Positions 26,433 to 41,300 of a DNA stretch of 64,000 nucleotides are shown in pieces (the first letter of the stretch is position 1; every line of letters begins with the position of its first letter). The notes beneath the pieces are model-generated. The model did no database searches and was not told where the DNA came from. It worked only from the letters and a program-made list of their open reading frames with translations. The stretch lies in the NCBI RefSeq assembly GCF_009914755.1, contig NC_060939.1; one strand, 5' to 3'. A program made the translations under genes and the position numbers. Origin of the DNA: the human T2T-CHM13v2.0 reference genome, Homo sapiens.

Positions 26433-27736
26433 TTAGTAAATGGAAGTTTGCTCTTTTCATTTCATTATAAGAGGAGTTTCTATAAGGTAAGTGACTTGTC
26501 AAATCCCATTTTTCTCTTCATTTCTATGCATACATATGGTCTGTTATGATGTGTACTGTGAAGATCATTCATGACCAAACTGTTCAGGAAAAACAAAATC
26601 ACCAAGTGGCAGGCCATGAAGGAGATGGAAGTAGATTTGTCTAAGGAGAGACTCATCTCTAGGTAGCAAGAGGGTCAATGAGTTCTGAGTGCCCAGGGTT
26701 AAGATAGGAAATGTGATAGACACAAAACTGTGCTACCGTGATGTCCCTGGCACAGAGAACAAACACAGTGCTGAGCACCGAGCTCCGAAACTCTACCACC
26801 ATAGCATGGAAGTTATGATTTCTCACAAGACAGTAAACCACCTGTGACCACGTTGTACTGAGGCTGGATTGGCCACCAGAATTCTCAGAAAGATGCTATT
26901 GAAAACATCTCATTGTCTGACCACATCATGAGGCCTGAACCCAACCCCTCTCCACCCTCTACCCTGAATGGAGAATAAAGCTTAAAAGGTGCATGACTCC
27001 TATATTTGAAATTAGGGCTTTCTGTTCACTGAACTGAGCCCTCATAGAAGCTGAAACTCTCAGTGCAAATATGCTCAACATTCTAAATTATAAATTATAT
27101 GAGTTTCTTCTTCATGCAGTGCAGTCTTCAGGGAACACCAAGGCCTGTTTGATTTTCCAAGTATCAACAAGTGGAGTTGACAAGAGTGACAAATGGTCAG
27201 AGCAAAGCATTTCATGATGACTGTAACGTGCCTGCGTCAGCAGCGACTGCTTACAGTGAGATTCACATGACCATCGTTTATGACATAGGAAGAATAAAAG
27301 GAGAGGAGAAAAAGATAGGTAGTTGATCGAAATGAAGAACTGGATTTGGAAAGCAACTTCGAATAGTCTCTGCCTATATTTCTGAGATTAAGGCAAACAG
27401 TCTCAAGATGAGTATTTCTGTCTTGAGAGAGCTGCACTCTGCAACTCTGTAAACTTTCAAGTAACACTTTACCATTTCTATCTTCCTTCTCCATGGGATC
27501 TTCGAGCCATGATTTGTAAAATTACCTATACATCTATGTTGTATTTTTGTAGTATCTGATATTCTCTTGAGGTCTCTCTTGGGACAATGGCTTCAAATTA
27601 TAACGATGTCCAACAGGACTCCAGGAAATTGGTCCTGGATGTTGACAGTGCACCTTTCATAGGATACTTATTTATCCTTGCAGATGACACAATGCCTAAT
27701 TGTCCAGTCCTTTACCAGGCATCCTTCTTACTGTAA

Positions 27737-28156
27737 TTTTTTTTAATTTCCATACGTTATTCGGGAACAGGTGGTTTGGGTTACATGAGTAAGTTCTTTA
27801 GTGGTGATTTGTGAGATTTTGGTGCACCCATCACCCGAGCAATATACACTGCACCCTATTTGTAGTTTTTGATCCCTCACCCCCTTCCCACCCTTTTCTC
27901 CTGAGTTCCCAGAGTCCATTGTATCATTCTTAGGCCTTTGCATCATAACTTAGTTCCCACTTATGAGTGAGATCCTACGATGTTTGGTGTTCTATTCCTG
28001 AGTTACTTCACTTAGAATAATAATCTCTAATCTCATCCAGGTTGCTGCAAAAGCCATTAACTCATTCCTTTTTATGGTTGAATAGTAGTCCATTATATAT
28101 ATATATATACCGCAGTTTCCTTATCCACTCATTGATTGATGGGCATTGGGGTTGGA
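27737..28156 (-). mobile_element. L1PB1-like 3' end, 5'-truncated
   Basis: catgagtaagttctttagtggtgatttgtgagattttggtgcaccc; TSD TTACTGTAA at 27728-27736 and 28157-28165. Confidence 0.85.
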
Positions 28157-29184
28157 TTACTGTAAACTTTTAAATACTGTCAGATGCCCTTATGGCACTT
28201 TGCAGAACTGTGACCACTACATTCATATCAAGACAACCACTTTCTAGGAAAACTCTGAATTGGAAAAATGTTAAGTTCAGGTGTGTTGGTCATGTGAGAC
28301 ACAGAGGAGGCCACTCAACAGAGCACATGAGATAATGTAAGCGGTGTATTTCTTACAGGTGAGGTTCACTGGGCACCATCGTAGGGTCTACCTGACACAT
28401 CAAGTATTCTCTAATCTGCAGATTTCTCAGTCTTCACTTATTTTTTGTGAACTTGACTTTTTTGAAAACACAGGTCAGATATTATGTAGGTTTTCCCACA
28501 ATATGAATTTGTCTCATGATTTCTCATGATTAAACTGGGACATAAATACATTAAAACCATGCATGTGTGTTTGAAGACAAGAAAAATAAACATTATAGAT
28601 ATTAGAAATATAAACATAGAGGTAAATGTAATAAACACAAATTAGAGGATAACAAATAATTCACAGTAATAGCTATTTTCAGTGATTAAGGAAGATGGTG
28701 AAGCTCAGGAGATGCACTATGGGCCATCAAACATATTGCTCATGTTGTTTTATAAGGTCAACAGTGACTTTAAAGATAAAGAAACCTTATAAATTTAAGA
28801 ATAGTTTTAGGTTTACAGAACAGTTGTAGTACATAGAATTTCCACATATCCTACGAAGTTTCCATTTTTATGAAATTCTTACATTAATGTAGGACATTTG
28901 TCACAAGCAATCAGTTTTATAACACTATAACTACTCTTCATACTTTATTCATTTTTTTTTAGTTTTGACTTAATGTCCTGTTTCTATTCCAGGATTTCAT
29001 CCAGGATACCTCATCACAGGTACATGTCATGTCTCCTTAGAATTCTCTGACTGTCACAGTTTCTCAGAGTTTCCTTATTTTTGATGCCATTAATATTACT
29101 AATGTGGGATTTGTCTGATGTTTCTCTAATGATAAGACTGGATTTGTGGGTTTAGGGGAGGAAGATCACGAGGAAAAGTGTCAT

Positions 29185-29528
29185 TTTTATTTATTTATTT
29201 AATTTTGAGACAGTGTCTCACTCTCTCGCCTAGCCTGGAGTGCAGTGTCATGAGCTTGGCTCACTACAGCCTCCATCTTCTGAGCTTAAGGATCCTTCCC
29301 TCTCAACCTCCAGGGTAGCTGAGACTACAGGTATGTGCCACCAGGCTGGACTAATTTATTGTTGTTGTTGTTTGTTATTTTTTTTGGTAGAGGCAAGGTT
29401 TCACCATGTTGCCCAGGCCGGGGTCAAACTCATGGGCTCAAGTGATATTTATTTTGTTATAGAGATGGGGTCTTAATGTGGTGTCCAGGCTGGTCTGGGA
29501 TTACAGGCGTGAGCCACTGTGCCTGGCC
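29185..29528 (-). mobile_element. AluJ
   Basis: Diverged Alu; TSD aaaagtg(t/c)catt. Confidence 0.8.
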
Positions 29529-29719
29529 AAAAAGTGCCATTCTCATCATATCATACCAAGAGTAAAAACTGTCAACAAGGGTAGACAGTCATTATTGGCA
29601 GAATGTCTACAAATTCCTTTAAACCTTCACCGTAAACATGTGCCTATTCTCTTCCAATTATTTCATGTGTATTAATTTATTCACTTAAACATGCATCTTT
29701 TATTTATATCATTATCTAA

Positions 29720-30059
<340 letters not shown>

Positions 30060-30814
30060 TAATTGCACAAATTGTTCCAGTGTTGGCTATTGGAAGGTTT
30101 TTAAGTTGTCCCTTCTATCACTTTGAAATACCTGCATAATTAAAGTTTGATGTTGTGTGGTTGGTTGGTTTTGTTGTTGTTTGGCATTTTCTTTTGTTCA
30201 GTCACTATTATATGCTCCAGTCTGTGAATTTAATTCTGCTTCAGGGTAATTTGGTAATTTTATACTTTCTGCTAATGTTTCCAACACCATATGACCTAAT
30301 CCAGGACCATATAAATGGATCCACTCATTCTCATTTGTATGTGATCTAGCACTCCCTGCAAGCAAGTTGATGTTGTTAATTTAATCATGCTACCTGAACA
30401 AGGTATATGGCTATGTAGAAAAATAGAAGTTGAAACAGTCAAAATACTGTGTAATTCCATTTATATGACTCTCTAGAAAAGGAAAAAGTGTAGTGATAGT
30501 AAAGAGTTCAGTGGTAACAAGGGGCTTGGGAGAGATATAGGTGACATCAGTGAACTACCGAAGATTTCTTTGGGGCAGTGAAATTCCTCTTTGATACTGT
30601 AATGGTGGATACATCATAATGTTTTCCAAATCCTGAAGAACTTTGTAACACAAAGAGTGTAGCTAAATTATGCAAATTTAAAAGCTTATTTAGTAGGTAA
30701 CAAGTTTGCCTTTTCACAGTATTTTACCTTTTCCAACTTATATTTTTTAGCAATATGCTTTTTAGATTTTTGAAGTACACCTCATGGTTTTTAGATTTGC
30801 CTTCACCCAATTTT

Positions 30815-31333
30815 TGTAGGACAGGTGAGTCACAGAATTTTGGCTTATCCTGAGAGGGTTATTAGCTTTGTCCAAGAAAGAATTTAAGGGCTAGTGGGTG
30901 ATGTTAGACTGCAATATTTTATTGAATGGTACTGCTCCTAGCAGAGCAGGGCTAACTCTTAAGCAGTGTGTTCAGAGTTGGCAACATATAGGCCTCTTGG
31001 CAACTGTATTTATATGCAATCAAACCCACTTTTAATTATATGCAAATTGAGGGGCAAGTCAAGGCAAATTGAGGCAGGACAGGGGCAGTGACTTCTAGGT
31101 TGTCTCCATGGAAAGGGCAGTAACTTCTGAGTTGTGGCCATGGAATTTGTAAACACTTATGTGGTTGGTAGGAGTGTCTTATGTGAGTGACAAATGAAGA
31201 CTGCCAGGGATCACATTTACCGCAACGTACAGGCTTCTGCCAGTTTTTTCACTTTATCCTGTCTGGAGCAGATCTTATTTTGGTCATCAAGGTTGTGAAA
31301 CCAGAAAACAAATCCTTCCAGTCTCCTACCTCA
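30815..31333 (-). mobile_element. Solo LTR, MER66-like (ERV1)
   Basis: Minus strand starts TGAGGTAGGAGACTGGAAGGATTTGTTTTC and ends ..CCTACA; contains ATGCAAAT at ~31040. Confidence 0.6.
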
Positions 31334-31339
31334 TAATGA

Positions 31340-33140
31340 CAAAAGACATTGAGCATATTTTCATGTGATTTTGGATATGACTATGGCTTTCTTTTGAGAA
31401 TTGGCTATTTAAGATTTTGCCATTTTTGATTGGGATATTTGCCTTTTAAATTTTGAGTTGTAAGACATTGCATATTCTGGATAATAGACCATTATCACCT
31501 ATAAAATTTGCAATTTTCACATATTTTCTGCCATTCTTTGGGTGCCTCTTTATATTTGATGGTGGACTTTAAATTGCAAAAGGTTTTAATTCTAATGAAG
31601 TTTAATATTTCTATATTTTCTTCTTTCCTTTGTGTTTTTCAGTGTCATATCTTAAAACATTGTTTAACCAAAGACCACAAAGATGTATTCCTGTGTTTCT
31701 TTTTATGGGTTGGCTCTGTTTAGCTCTTATATTTAGATAGATTGTCATTTTGAGTCAATTATGTTTCTGGTATGAGGCAAGAATCTAACTTGCATGTGGA
31801 TATCCACTTGACCCAGAAACATTTGACAAGAAAATATTGCTTCATAACTAATTTATTTGGCCACAATATAAAAGCATTTCACCATAAATGTAAGGATTCA
31901 TTTTTGAGTATTATATTCTACTCCATTGATCAATACATATATCCCTACACTAGTACCACAAATCTTGATTACTATTACTTTGTAGTAAGTTTTGAAATCA
32001 GGAAGCATATGTCTACTATGCAAACCCTTTTTGTCTTTCTCAAGAGTATTTTGGCTGCTCAGGATCTATATTATATATAAATTTGAGGATAACCTTCTGA
32101 ATTTAGGGGAATGTTTTGAGAGAAGTTGCATTAATTCTATAGATCCATTTGGAAAATATTGCCAACCTAACAATATTAACCCTTGTAAACAATGAGCATT
32201 CAAAGATTTTCTATTAATTTTGTTCAATATGTGTTATATAGTTTTTAGTGTACATATCTTATACTTAATTTGATAAGCTTATTCCTAAGTATTTTTGATT
32301 CGATCTCAATTGGAACGGTTTTCTGAGTTTTGTTTTTAGATTGTTAATTGCTAGTATAGAGAAATTTAAAATATTTTATATATTTTATATACTGCAAATT
32401 TCTTTGAACTCGTCTTTAAATTCTAAACATATTTGATTAGAATTCTTTGGACGTTTTGTACATACGATCATGTCATTTGCAAACAGTCAGAGTTTGACTT
32501 CCTTTCCATATTAGAAACATTATATTTATTTTTCTAAGCCAATTGCCCTGTCTACATTCTCCAGTACAATGTTGCAAACTAGTGTCAACAGTGGAAATAT
32601 TTGACTTGTTTCTAATATCAGAGAAATTAGTGAACCTTTCAGATTACTTATGATGATATGTGAGCTTTTCATAGATGCCCTTTGAAATGCAGAAAGTTCT
32701 CTTATCTGCCTAATTTGCTGCATGTTTTTATAATATGGAATCTGGGAATTTTCAAGTGCTTGTTGCATACCTTCTGAGATGATTGTGTAGTTTTTATTCT
32801 TTATTAATATAGTGTATGACTTTAGTTGTATCCTATATTGAACCAAATTTGCATTCCTGAGGTAAATACCCTTTACCATAGTGTATAATACTTTCTACAT
32901 GTTGCTGATTTCATTTGATAATATCTCGCTGGTGATTTTTGTCTCTGTATTTATAAGGCATATTGGTCTTCATTTTCCTTATTTGAAATGTCTTTGTGTA
33001 GTTGTTCAATCAGGGTAAACTAATTCATAGTATACAATGGGAAGTGATCTATTTTCTACTTCTTTATTATTATTGTATTGTTTTGAAATATTTTTGATAA
33101 ATTAGTATTAATTTTATGTGATTTTAATAACACATCAATG
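31340..33140 (-). mobile_element. Ancient L1M ORF2-region fragment (paralogs at 5361-6810, 23450-24330, 46520-47680)
   Basis: Decayed ORF2-like peptide in ORF 32526-32879 (LETSQIFPLLTLVCNIVLE, cf. GTRQGCPLSPLLFNIVLE). Confidence 0.75.
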
Positions 33141-36100
33141 AGTTCCTGATGAGGGCAGGGAGGTGAATCCTAAGAACAATCATGTGAGTTTGGAAGGAGA
33201 CCCTTCCCCAGCTGAGCCTCAGCCTGAGCCATCACCTACATCTAGACCGAAGACCCAGAGAAACTGTGAGTAGTATGTGTGTGGTTTTGAGCCACTAAGG
33301 TATGTGGTAATTTGTTATGCACCAAGTAGTAAGTAATATACCTGACAGTAATTGTAAGGTGGTATTCTGGATTAGGTCCTGGAATAGATAAGTATATCAT
33401 TATTAGAAAACCTGGTAAAATATGAAGGAAGTTTGTAGATCAGTTAATAGTCTTGAAAAACAGTTAAATTCTTAGTTTTCATGAATATGCTATGGTTATA
33501 ATAGATACTAACATTCTAGTTATCTGAATGGTATATGAAACTGTCTGTACTTACCTATGTGCATTTATGTAAATCTGCAGTTATTTCAAAATAAATATTT
33601 TTTTAATATTATTATTTTGTTTTTTTTTAAAAAGTAAGCAAGTAAAGACATCAGCAAAAAACTTTTGCCTCCAAATACAAGTGGGCATGTAGGGAGAGAA
33701 CAGTAAACTAGCTTTTCTTTTCTAGGCAACATTTGAAACCCAGGAGCCACTGCTTCAGGAAGGTACCTTCAAGCTCCAAGGACTCTTATCCTCTTTCTCC
33801 TTCCCCACTACCTAGTCATTAGAGTGTCAGCATCCACTTCTTGAAAGGAAGATGCCTGTTTTTCACATATCCCAGAAAGCCCCATTTTAGGACAGCATTT
33901 AGCAGAGTATATTCAAGATCCCACTAACCTTTTCGGAAGACATGAATTCCAGATGATATAAGGCAAGAATAAGAAATTTCAGTGTCAGGGAACATAAATC
34001 ATATTTCTGCATTCAGGATCACGTTTTCTTGGTACAGGGATTTCTTCTTCAAGTAATCCAAAGACAACTTTACTTTCAAACCTTTCAGAAAACCTGTTCT
34101 AATTTACTTTGCTTCATTCTACAGGCTCCATCAGGAACTGTTCAGGACCATGCACTCTGTTGATACTCACATGGTGGAATTATATTGCCCTTGGCCAACC
34201 CTAAAGCCATCAAGATAGCAGGTAAACAGAGTACAAAAAATATTTCTAATAAGTTGCTTTAGGGCAGTCCCTGCTTCCAGAGGCCTGGGAATAAATCTTT
34301 ACAACAGGGTTTTTGCAGGTGAATGCTACTGAGTGATATATACATGTTGTGCACAAAAAGAGAAATCTCATTAGGTGAAAAACAAACAAAAAAAGAAAAC
34401 AATATACAGCATATCTCCAACCCTCCATGCAGTGATCTGAGAGACAGAAACAGGCTGTGTTTGTTTCTGCATGTGTACTGGCTGCCCACTAATTCTCCAC
34501 ACAGCTTCCTATTAAGAGGCCATTGCACCCTTCTTAGTAGCAGCAGAGTTGTTTTCAGGAACCATGCCTAAAAGGCCTACAAAGCCATGGAACTACATAT
34601 ATGGAACTACGTATGTCAACTCCCATTGACTTCCATAAATCTTGAATAGCATGATGTCACAGGCACAGATGACAAAGTGCTGAGCACTGAGTCCCTAGAC
34701 AAACTTTCACTGCATGGAAGATATGATTTTGCACAGTATCCTAAATCAACTGTTGTATAGAGGCTGGTCTGGACACAAGTCTACAACAGATGCTATTGCA
34801 AACAAACTACATTTTTAGACCACATCATGAGGCAAACCCAATGCTCTGTCTCCACACTCTAACCTGATAAGAAGATTGAGTTCAAGGAAGGAATGTCTCA
34901 TATATGTAATGACATGACTTTGTGTTTACTTAATTCAACCTTCCTGGAGTCTAAAACTCTAGGTGAAATTTCAGTCAACCTCCTTAACTGTGACTGTATG
35001 AGTTTTTTTATCACTCAGTGTACTCATGAGGGGATACCGAAACCGATTCCAATATCCAAGTACCCAAAGTAGAGTTGACCAGAGTAGCAAGGGGCCAGAT
35101 CAAAATATCTTATAAAGACCATTATGCATTCACTTCTGCAGTGACTAATCATGAGGTGATTTCTACGATCACCAGCCATGTGATTAAAAGGACAAATGTG
35201 AATGAAGAAAAAGATACACAAATGTTACATCCGAAAGAATGGAATCTGTAAGGAAGTTTACAGGAAGGATTGCTCATATTTCTAAGATTACAGTTTAAAG
35301 TTTCAAAATACTTTTTTCCAGGTCTTTAGAGAGCTACCACGCCAGTGAATTTTTCAAGTAGCTCTTTACAATTTTCATCTCCGTCTTCAATGGATTTCTT
35401 AAACCATGGTTCATAGAACTATATTTCCATACGTGACATAAGAATTCTAGTACTCCACTAATAACTCTAATGTGTCTAAAATTATAAATGCAGTTTATAA
35501 CACCTCTCTGGACACTCACTTTAATGAGAAGTGAACAAACTGGACTTCCCTAATGGAGGACAGCGGTGAAGCTCCCAGGTAGAATATAAATGCAGTTTAT
35601 AAATTTATGTGATAAGATTTAAGCATATTTCCTCAATAACAAACAAGAATATAGCCAATGAGCCACCATAATTTAACACTGAGAAAAGAGCAGTCACAGA
35701 GAAAACAGTGTATTCCATTCATTGTAGAGTGCACATTTTCACATCTATCAAATACAGATGCATCTTAAATTTGAAAGCGTTAAAACACTATTGACGAGAA
35801 GGCAGTCATAATGTGATTGTCCTCATTTACCTGTATAAACTTGGTCTGCAAACCTCCTGTCAATGTTTTTGGGTGATGTCATCAACATCAGCATCAAATC
35901 TTGCACGGGAGGTTTCAGAAGGTTGAAAATATAAACTCGCAGGAGCAACGTAGGAATATCACAGGAAATGCAGCATCACCAAATCCTCAGATTAGCACAA
36001 ATGATGATAACATGGGGAACACCATGAGCAAGATGAATTGAAGATTGATTTAGGAGAGTTGGATCTGAATGGGAGAAAATTTAGGAAAACCTTTGTCGGT

Positions 36101-36959
36101 GTATTTTCCTTATGTGTTCCATCCCATGTAATCATAGGAGTGACAAAAGACAAGAGAAATATCCACATATATATGTCTTGAAAATAGCTTTTTTTCCAAT
36201 AATTATAATATAATGATGTTATTATTATACAATGTATTTCCACATGATAAAAGTATTAGTTTCATTGTTGGTGGTTTTGTTCTTTCATTCTGATACAGAA
36301 AATAATGACATGTTACAACTGATGCAATTGATACATCTCACAATTTACTAGAATATTGATTTCTCGGGGTTAGTGTAGGCTTAGTAATATACTGCATGGT
36401 TTATATGTTACCATTTCATACAATCCACCTGCCATCTCAGAAAGTAAGGACTATTCCTGCTCCTCTGGTCCATTTCTAAGTCTGAGCTAAATCTCCACAG
36501 GAGAGGCCTAACAGAACCTTGAGTTTGATTCTATATGCCCTAGAGTCTTTGCTGACATCAACTACATAGAATATGTTTTGTCTTATATGTTAAATGCTTT
36601 TCAGGTCTAGTTTCAGACAGCTTAGCCTACCTCATGGTCTTGAAGTTATTTTCCTGAATTGTGTTCTGTATACTCTACTACATATTTTTGTATTTATGTC
36701 TATGAACTGACTATAATTAATTTTGTGTGTAATGTCAGGTCATAGGTCAGATTTTAGTTTCTCCCTGTGGATATTCAATACCCTGGAATATTTTAATAAA
36801 AATCCAATTTTCCCCCATTCAGCAACTTAAATATATGCTTATATATGCATACGTCTGTTTTTTAAGTTATTGGCTGTTTATTCTATCTCTGTGCAAATAC
36901 CACACTCTTATTATTAAGAGAGTCTATTCAAGAATTTTCTCTCTAGAGATTGTTCTTTC

Positions 36960-37257
36960 TCTTCTTTTTTAAGAGATAATTTTGTTCTGTCACACCAACT
37001 GGGGTACAGTGGCACAAACACAGAACACATTCTGTGTGTGAGCTGCTGGACTCAAGTGATCCTCCCCACGCAGTCTCCTGAGTAGCTGGCACTACAGGTG
37101 CAAGCCACCATGCCCGGCTAATTTTTAACTTTTTTAGTGGAGAGGAGGTCTCTCTTTGTTGCCCAGGCTGATCTAGAACTCCTGGCCTTAAGCAATCCAC
37201 CCTCCTTAGTCTCCCAAAGTGTAGGAATTGCAAGCGTGATCCATTGTGCCTGGCCCA
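36960..37257 (-). mobile_element. AluJ
   Basis: Diverged dimer ending ..gtgcctggcc. Confidence 0.8.
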
Positions 37258-38329
37258 GGGCCTGTTCTTTTTAACCACTGAGCTGCTCTATAATGAGGTG
37301 AAAGAAGTTCAGACCTGCATGCCTTGCACTTACACCAATCCTTTCAGCTGTACCTTGAATGAGGCTGTGGATATACAACTTTAGAACGTTGCCATTGACT
37401 CTGAAATCTCTACGTCCTTGTGAATCTTAGGCAGTCTCCCAACACCACTGCCCACCTTATGTATTTAGTATCTTTGACAACAGCCAAGGTTGTTGAAAAC
37501 CTAGAGAGGCAACCCTGGCTCCCTTCTGCCCTGCTGTAGATGATCCTGTGAACAGGGTCCCCCTCCAGACCATGCCCAACAGAGGCAGGTTCACAGGGGA
37601 GCCTCTGAGCTCAGAGCCTCTCTGGGGGCTCTGCATGCACAAGGACAGCACCTCCCTGCCTTGGTTGTGGGGTGAGGTAGGGAATTCAAGTCTTTTAAAA
37701 AAGGCTCAGTTTGTTCAAAAATGATTCTGTTTGCTGACCAATGACACCTTAAGACTTTAGATTTTACATCGTGATATTTCTCCTTGATTTTGATTTAATT
37801 TGTTGTGCAAATGTCTTAAATGCTTGTGTATAAATATTCTCTTTTGTTGGTCATATAAACATCATCTAAAACCAAATATTTATTTTTGTATCATAGATTT
37901 AAGGCCTTTATTTCTCTATTTTAAATATGCATTCATAATTATTTTTCAGTGAACCGTATCAATTATTTTCATCTTTACTCCTATTTCTCTTTCATAAATT
38001 GAACGTTAATATCACTTTTATTAGAAGCGACAGACGTTACACATTCTGTTTTATGATTTTCCAGAGATTTCCTCTTAAATAGCTCTGGTTAAAAAGAAGG
38101 ACAGAAACTATTCTATAAGCCACAAGGCAAAATTGTCCCACATTAAAAAGATCTTCTTATGTTTAAAAAGATCTGTCAAACTTTCTATTCTATGGCTTAG
38201 TTTGCTGTACATGTCAAAGGTTAGGTAGATAAACATTTAAATAATTTAGGATTAAGGCACAGAATAAATTATATTTCATATATTCCTATTTCAGATAGAG
38301 GCAAAATTATTAAATAAAGTATAATACAG

Positions 38330-41300
38330 GCCTGTCCCTGTGTTGCTTGAAAGCAGTGTACTTTGATTATTGCCTTTGCTTGAGTCTAAAGATGAGGCTT
38401 TGGTTAAGTTGAGTTTGATGTTAGATGCTGGCAGAAGTCTGTTTCTCCTTTAGAGGAGCTACATGTATCCAGGAGTCAATTCCTTGTACCTTAACACCAC
38501 AAAAATTAGTTAATAGCACCTGATAAGAACTTCTTCAGGGTGTTGGAGGTGGTGATACACTTCACAGTGATTAATGTTTTTTAGCTTTGATAAGCCCCAG
38601 CAATAAGTCAGAGACTTAATTTAGGATTCAATTTGGGAGATGTCTGTGAAAGATGTTAGAAAGCTTAAAATATTTCATCAAAACTAAACCACAGGTCCTT
38701 GTAAAACAATAGTTATTCATTTAACCAAAGTGATCATTGAAAGACGTTAAAGGCAATATAAAAAGTTACTCAGGTCTAAAAACCTTACTCCTTTCAAATT
38801 TCGGGTTTTTTTTTTAAAAGCAATTAAACACTTAATAAAGGCAGCATAGGAACTATCTTGATAAAATGTAAAATCTTGTTTCTTAAGCCAGTTACCAAAA
38901 AGTCAAAGGAAAACCTTTTTTAGTGTGACTGCCTCTCCTTAGAAGAAAGCCCATTTAGATAATCTGGAAGTACAATTTAAGATAAAAAGTGTTTGAATTT
39001 AATCAAACATGGAAAGAGTGTGTACAAGGTTATGAGTAGAACTGGGGAATACATGACTCTTAGTAGCTGCATGATAATTTTCCTGATTACAGTGAAAATT
39101 TAGACACAAAATAACAACAACAAAAAAACCCCCAAGAGTATAGAATCAGGTTATCCTGGAGGAAAACTTTTCTTTTATAGACCTCTAAGATAAAATATTT
39201 CAGCATCAGCCACAACAACATTTAGAAGTAAGGAGACAAGTTACAGGAGCTGACAAGAAGCTGAAGGATAGATTTATCATCCCAGGCCACATCAAAGGGA
39301 GAAAAAGCTGATAGCAACAAGACAACAATTGAACATTTGAGATATGAATCTCAGAAGTTTTCAAAAGAAGTAGATTATAGAATAGAAAATCAAAATTTAT
39401 TGTAATTTTATTAAGAGTAAATTGATACCTTAAGAAAATCTTGATTTAACATAGGGGACCATTCTTTAGAAAGACTATTCTCCTTTTTAATTATGGCTAG
39501 CTTAATTGCATACAAAATTTCTTTTATAAATTCCTCTTCATGAGCCTTATCATGACTTACACAGACCATCTGTCACATGCTTGGACTGTATACTTGTCCT
39601 GTAGTACCTGTTTCTTTTTTAATTTTTTTTCAATTTTCTTTTTCTAGATTAACTTTGTAATAAGAATCTGTTGCTTAAATAACCAGTCATTTTACTTTAG
39701 GAGAATAATTTCCCATACAAGATTCTTTCTCATAGAAAATTACTCTTTTTCCTTTATAACCTTCCTTACCAAAAGTATATGTTCCTTTCTGTATCTTTCT
39801 TCACAACTCTGTTCACCACTTACTGCTTCCTTCCCAGCTTGTTTCATAAATAACCTTTTCAAACCCGTAATTTGAATAAACTTTTATATAACTTTGGAAT
39901 TAGACAAAATAATTCTTTTTCTCAATAAGGACACCTCTTCTTTGGCACATTTGATAGAAACCTAGGAAAAAAGAAATCCTGAACTATCAGATATTAGTAT
40001 TGTATAGATGAGAACCATTTCACAATTTTTAGAACAGTTTTCTCTATATAATAACCCTTTCTTAATTGGAAATGACCTAGACATCTAGTAAGCATCCAAA
40101 ATGATTTTAAGATTTTAAATTATACAAAAATTTCACTTAGAAACATTGATCTCATTTATGTGTACTCAGCTTTTCCATTTTACCAGTTTACCTAGAGTAC
40201 TTTTGAAAACTGGGATATTACATCAAAGTAGTAATTATTTATTTATGTCCCTATGACCCATTTTTAAAGTCTGTGGACATTAGGTGTTTTACCTAAGTAA
40301 GAACCTTAAAGTTCAATATATGGGCATTTTGTCAATAGCACAGAAGATTTAACTGTTTTCACTGAACTAGTAATATTAAATTAGTCTAACTCATCTGTAA
40401 AATCACACAAACAAAAATGATTCTGTTTTTGGCTGGGTTTATGGTCTTATAACCTTTATGTCATATCCTGACACCTGATGATATAGACAGAGATAAATAC
40501 AAAATCATTTGTTCAGTAAACTCAGATAAAAATATATGCTGATCATTTTGAAGATATTTCCAATATTACGTCACGAATAATCTTAAAACCAATTTTATTT
40601 GTCAAGAATTACTAAATTTATGTGAACTTGAAAAGCATCCTGACTTAATTTATGAGCACTTATTTACTTGTAAGTCAATTTGGTAACAGGCTAGACATAA
40701 CACATAATACACATACATACACACAAACATATCTAACTAAATATGTATATACACACAAGCAAAGGTCTAATAGCTTTTACCTTGGGATTCTATCCATAAA
40801 ATAACAGTACACACTCAGTATTTTATAAAAATAGCTGGATACACATTATTGTCTGACAAAACTGAAACCTGTTTCCATGGTTAAATTTTGTTTTCTCCAA
40901 TATATAATACAATGAAAGCTGTGAACCAAAATTTGGGTAAAGCAATCTTTATGGCAGTTTTGTTTTTAAAAAAGCATCTTTTTCCTTTCTTTCCTTCAGT
41001 TTTAAACAAGTTTCCTATGTTTACTTTCTAGTTAGTCCATAAATAATGAGTCTTATCACAGCACCAACAGCTTAGTAACATCCAATTTGAAGCAGGCAGA
41101 AAAGAAAACAGAGGAAGAAAGAGAGGTTTTGATGACTCTGCTTAACTTAATAGTTGCAGTTAACCATTTGAGCTCTAAAGTTTTCTTGCTAGAATTTGCC
41201 TATCTGTTTAAAATATTCACAAAAGTAGGTCTTAATAAGTAACCAGCTGAAATCCCAAAGAGAATGAGAATATGAAGTTCCTGCCAGGCCTTTTAAAAGG

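Noticed and set aside
26764-26800. CACAGTG as a V(D)J recombination signal
   Set aside because: No ACAAAAACC nonamer at 12 or 23 nt spacing and no V-gene motifs upstream
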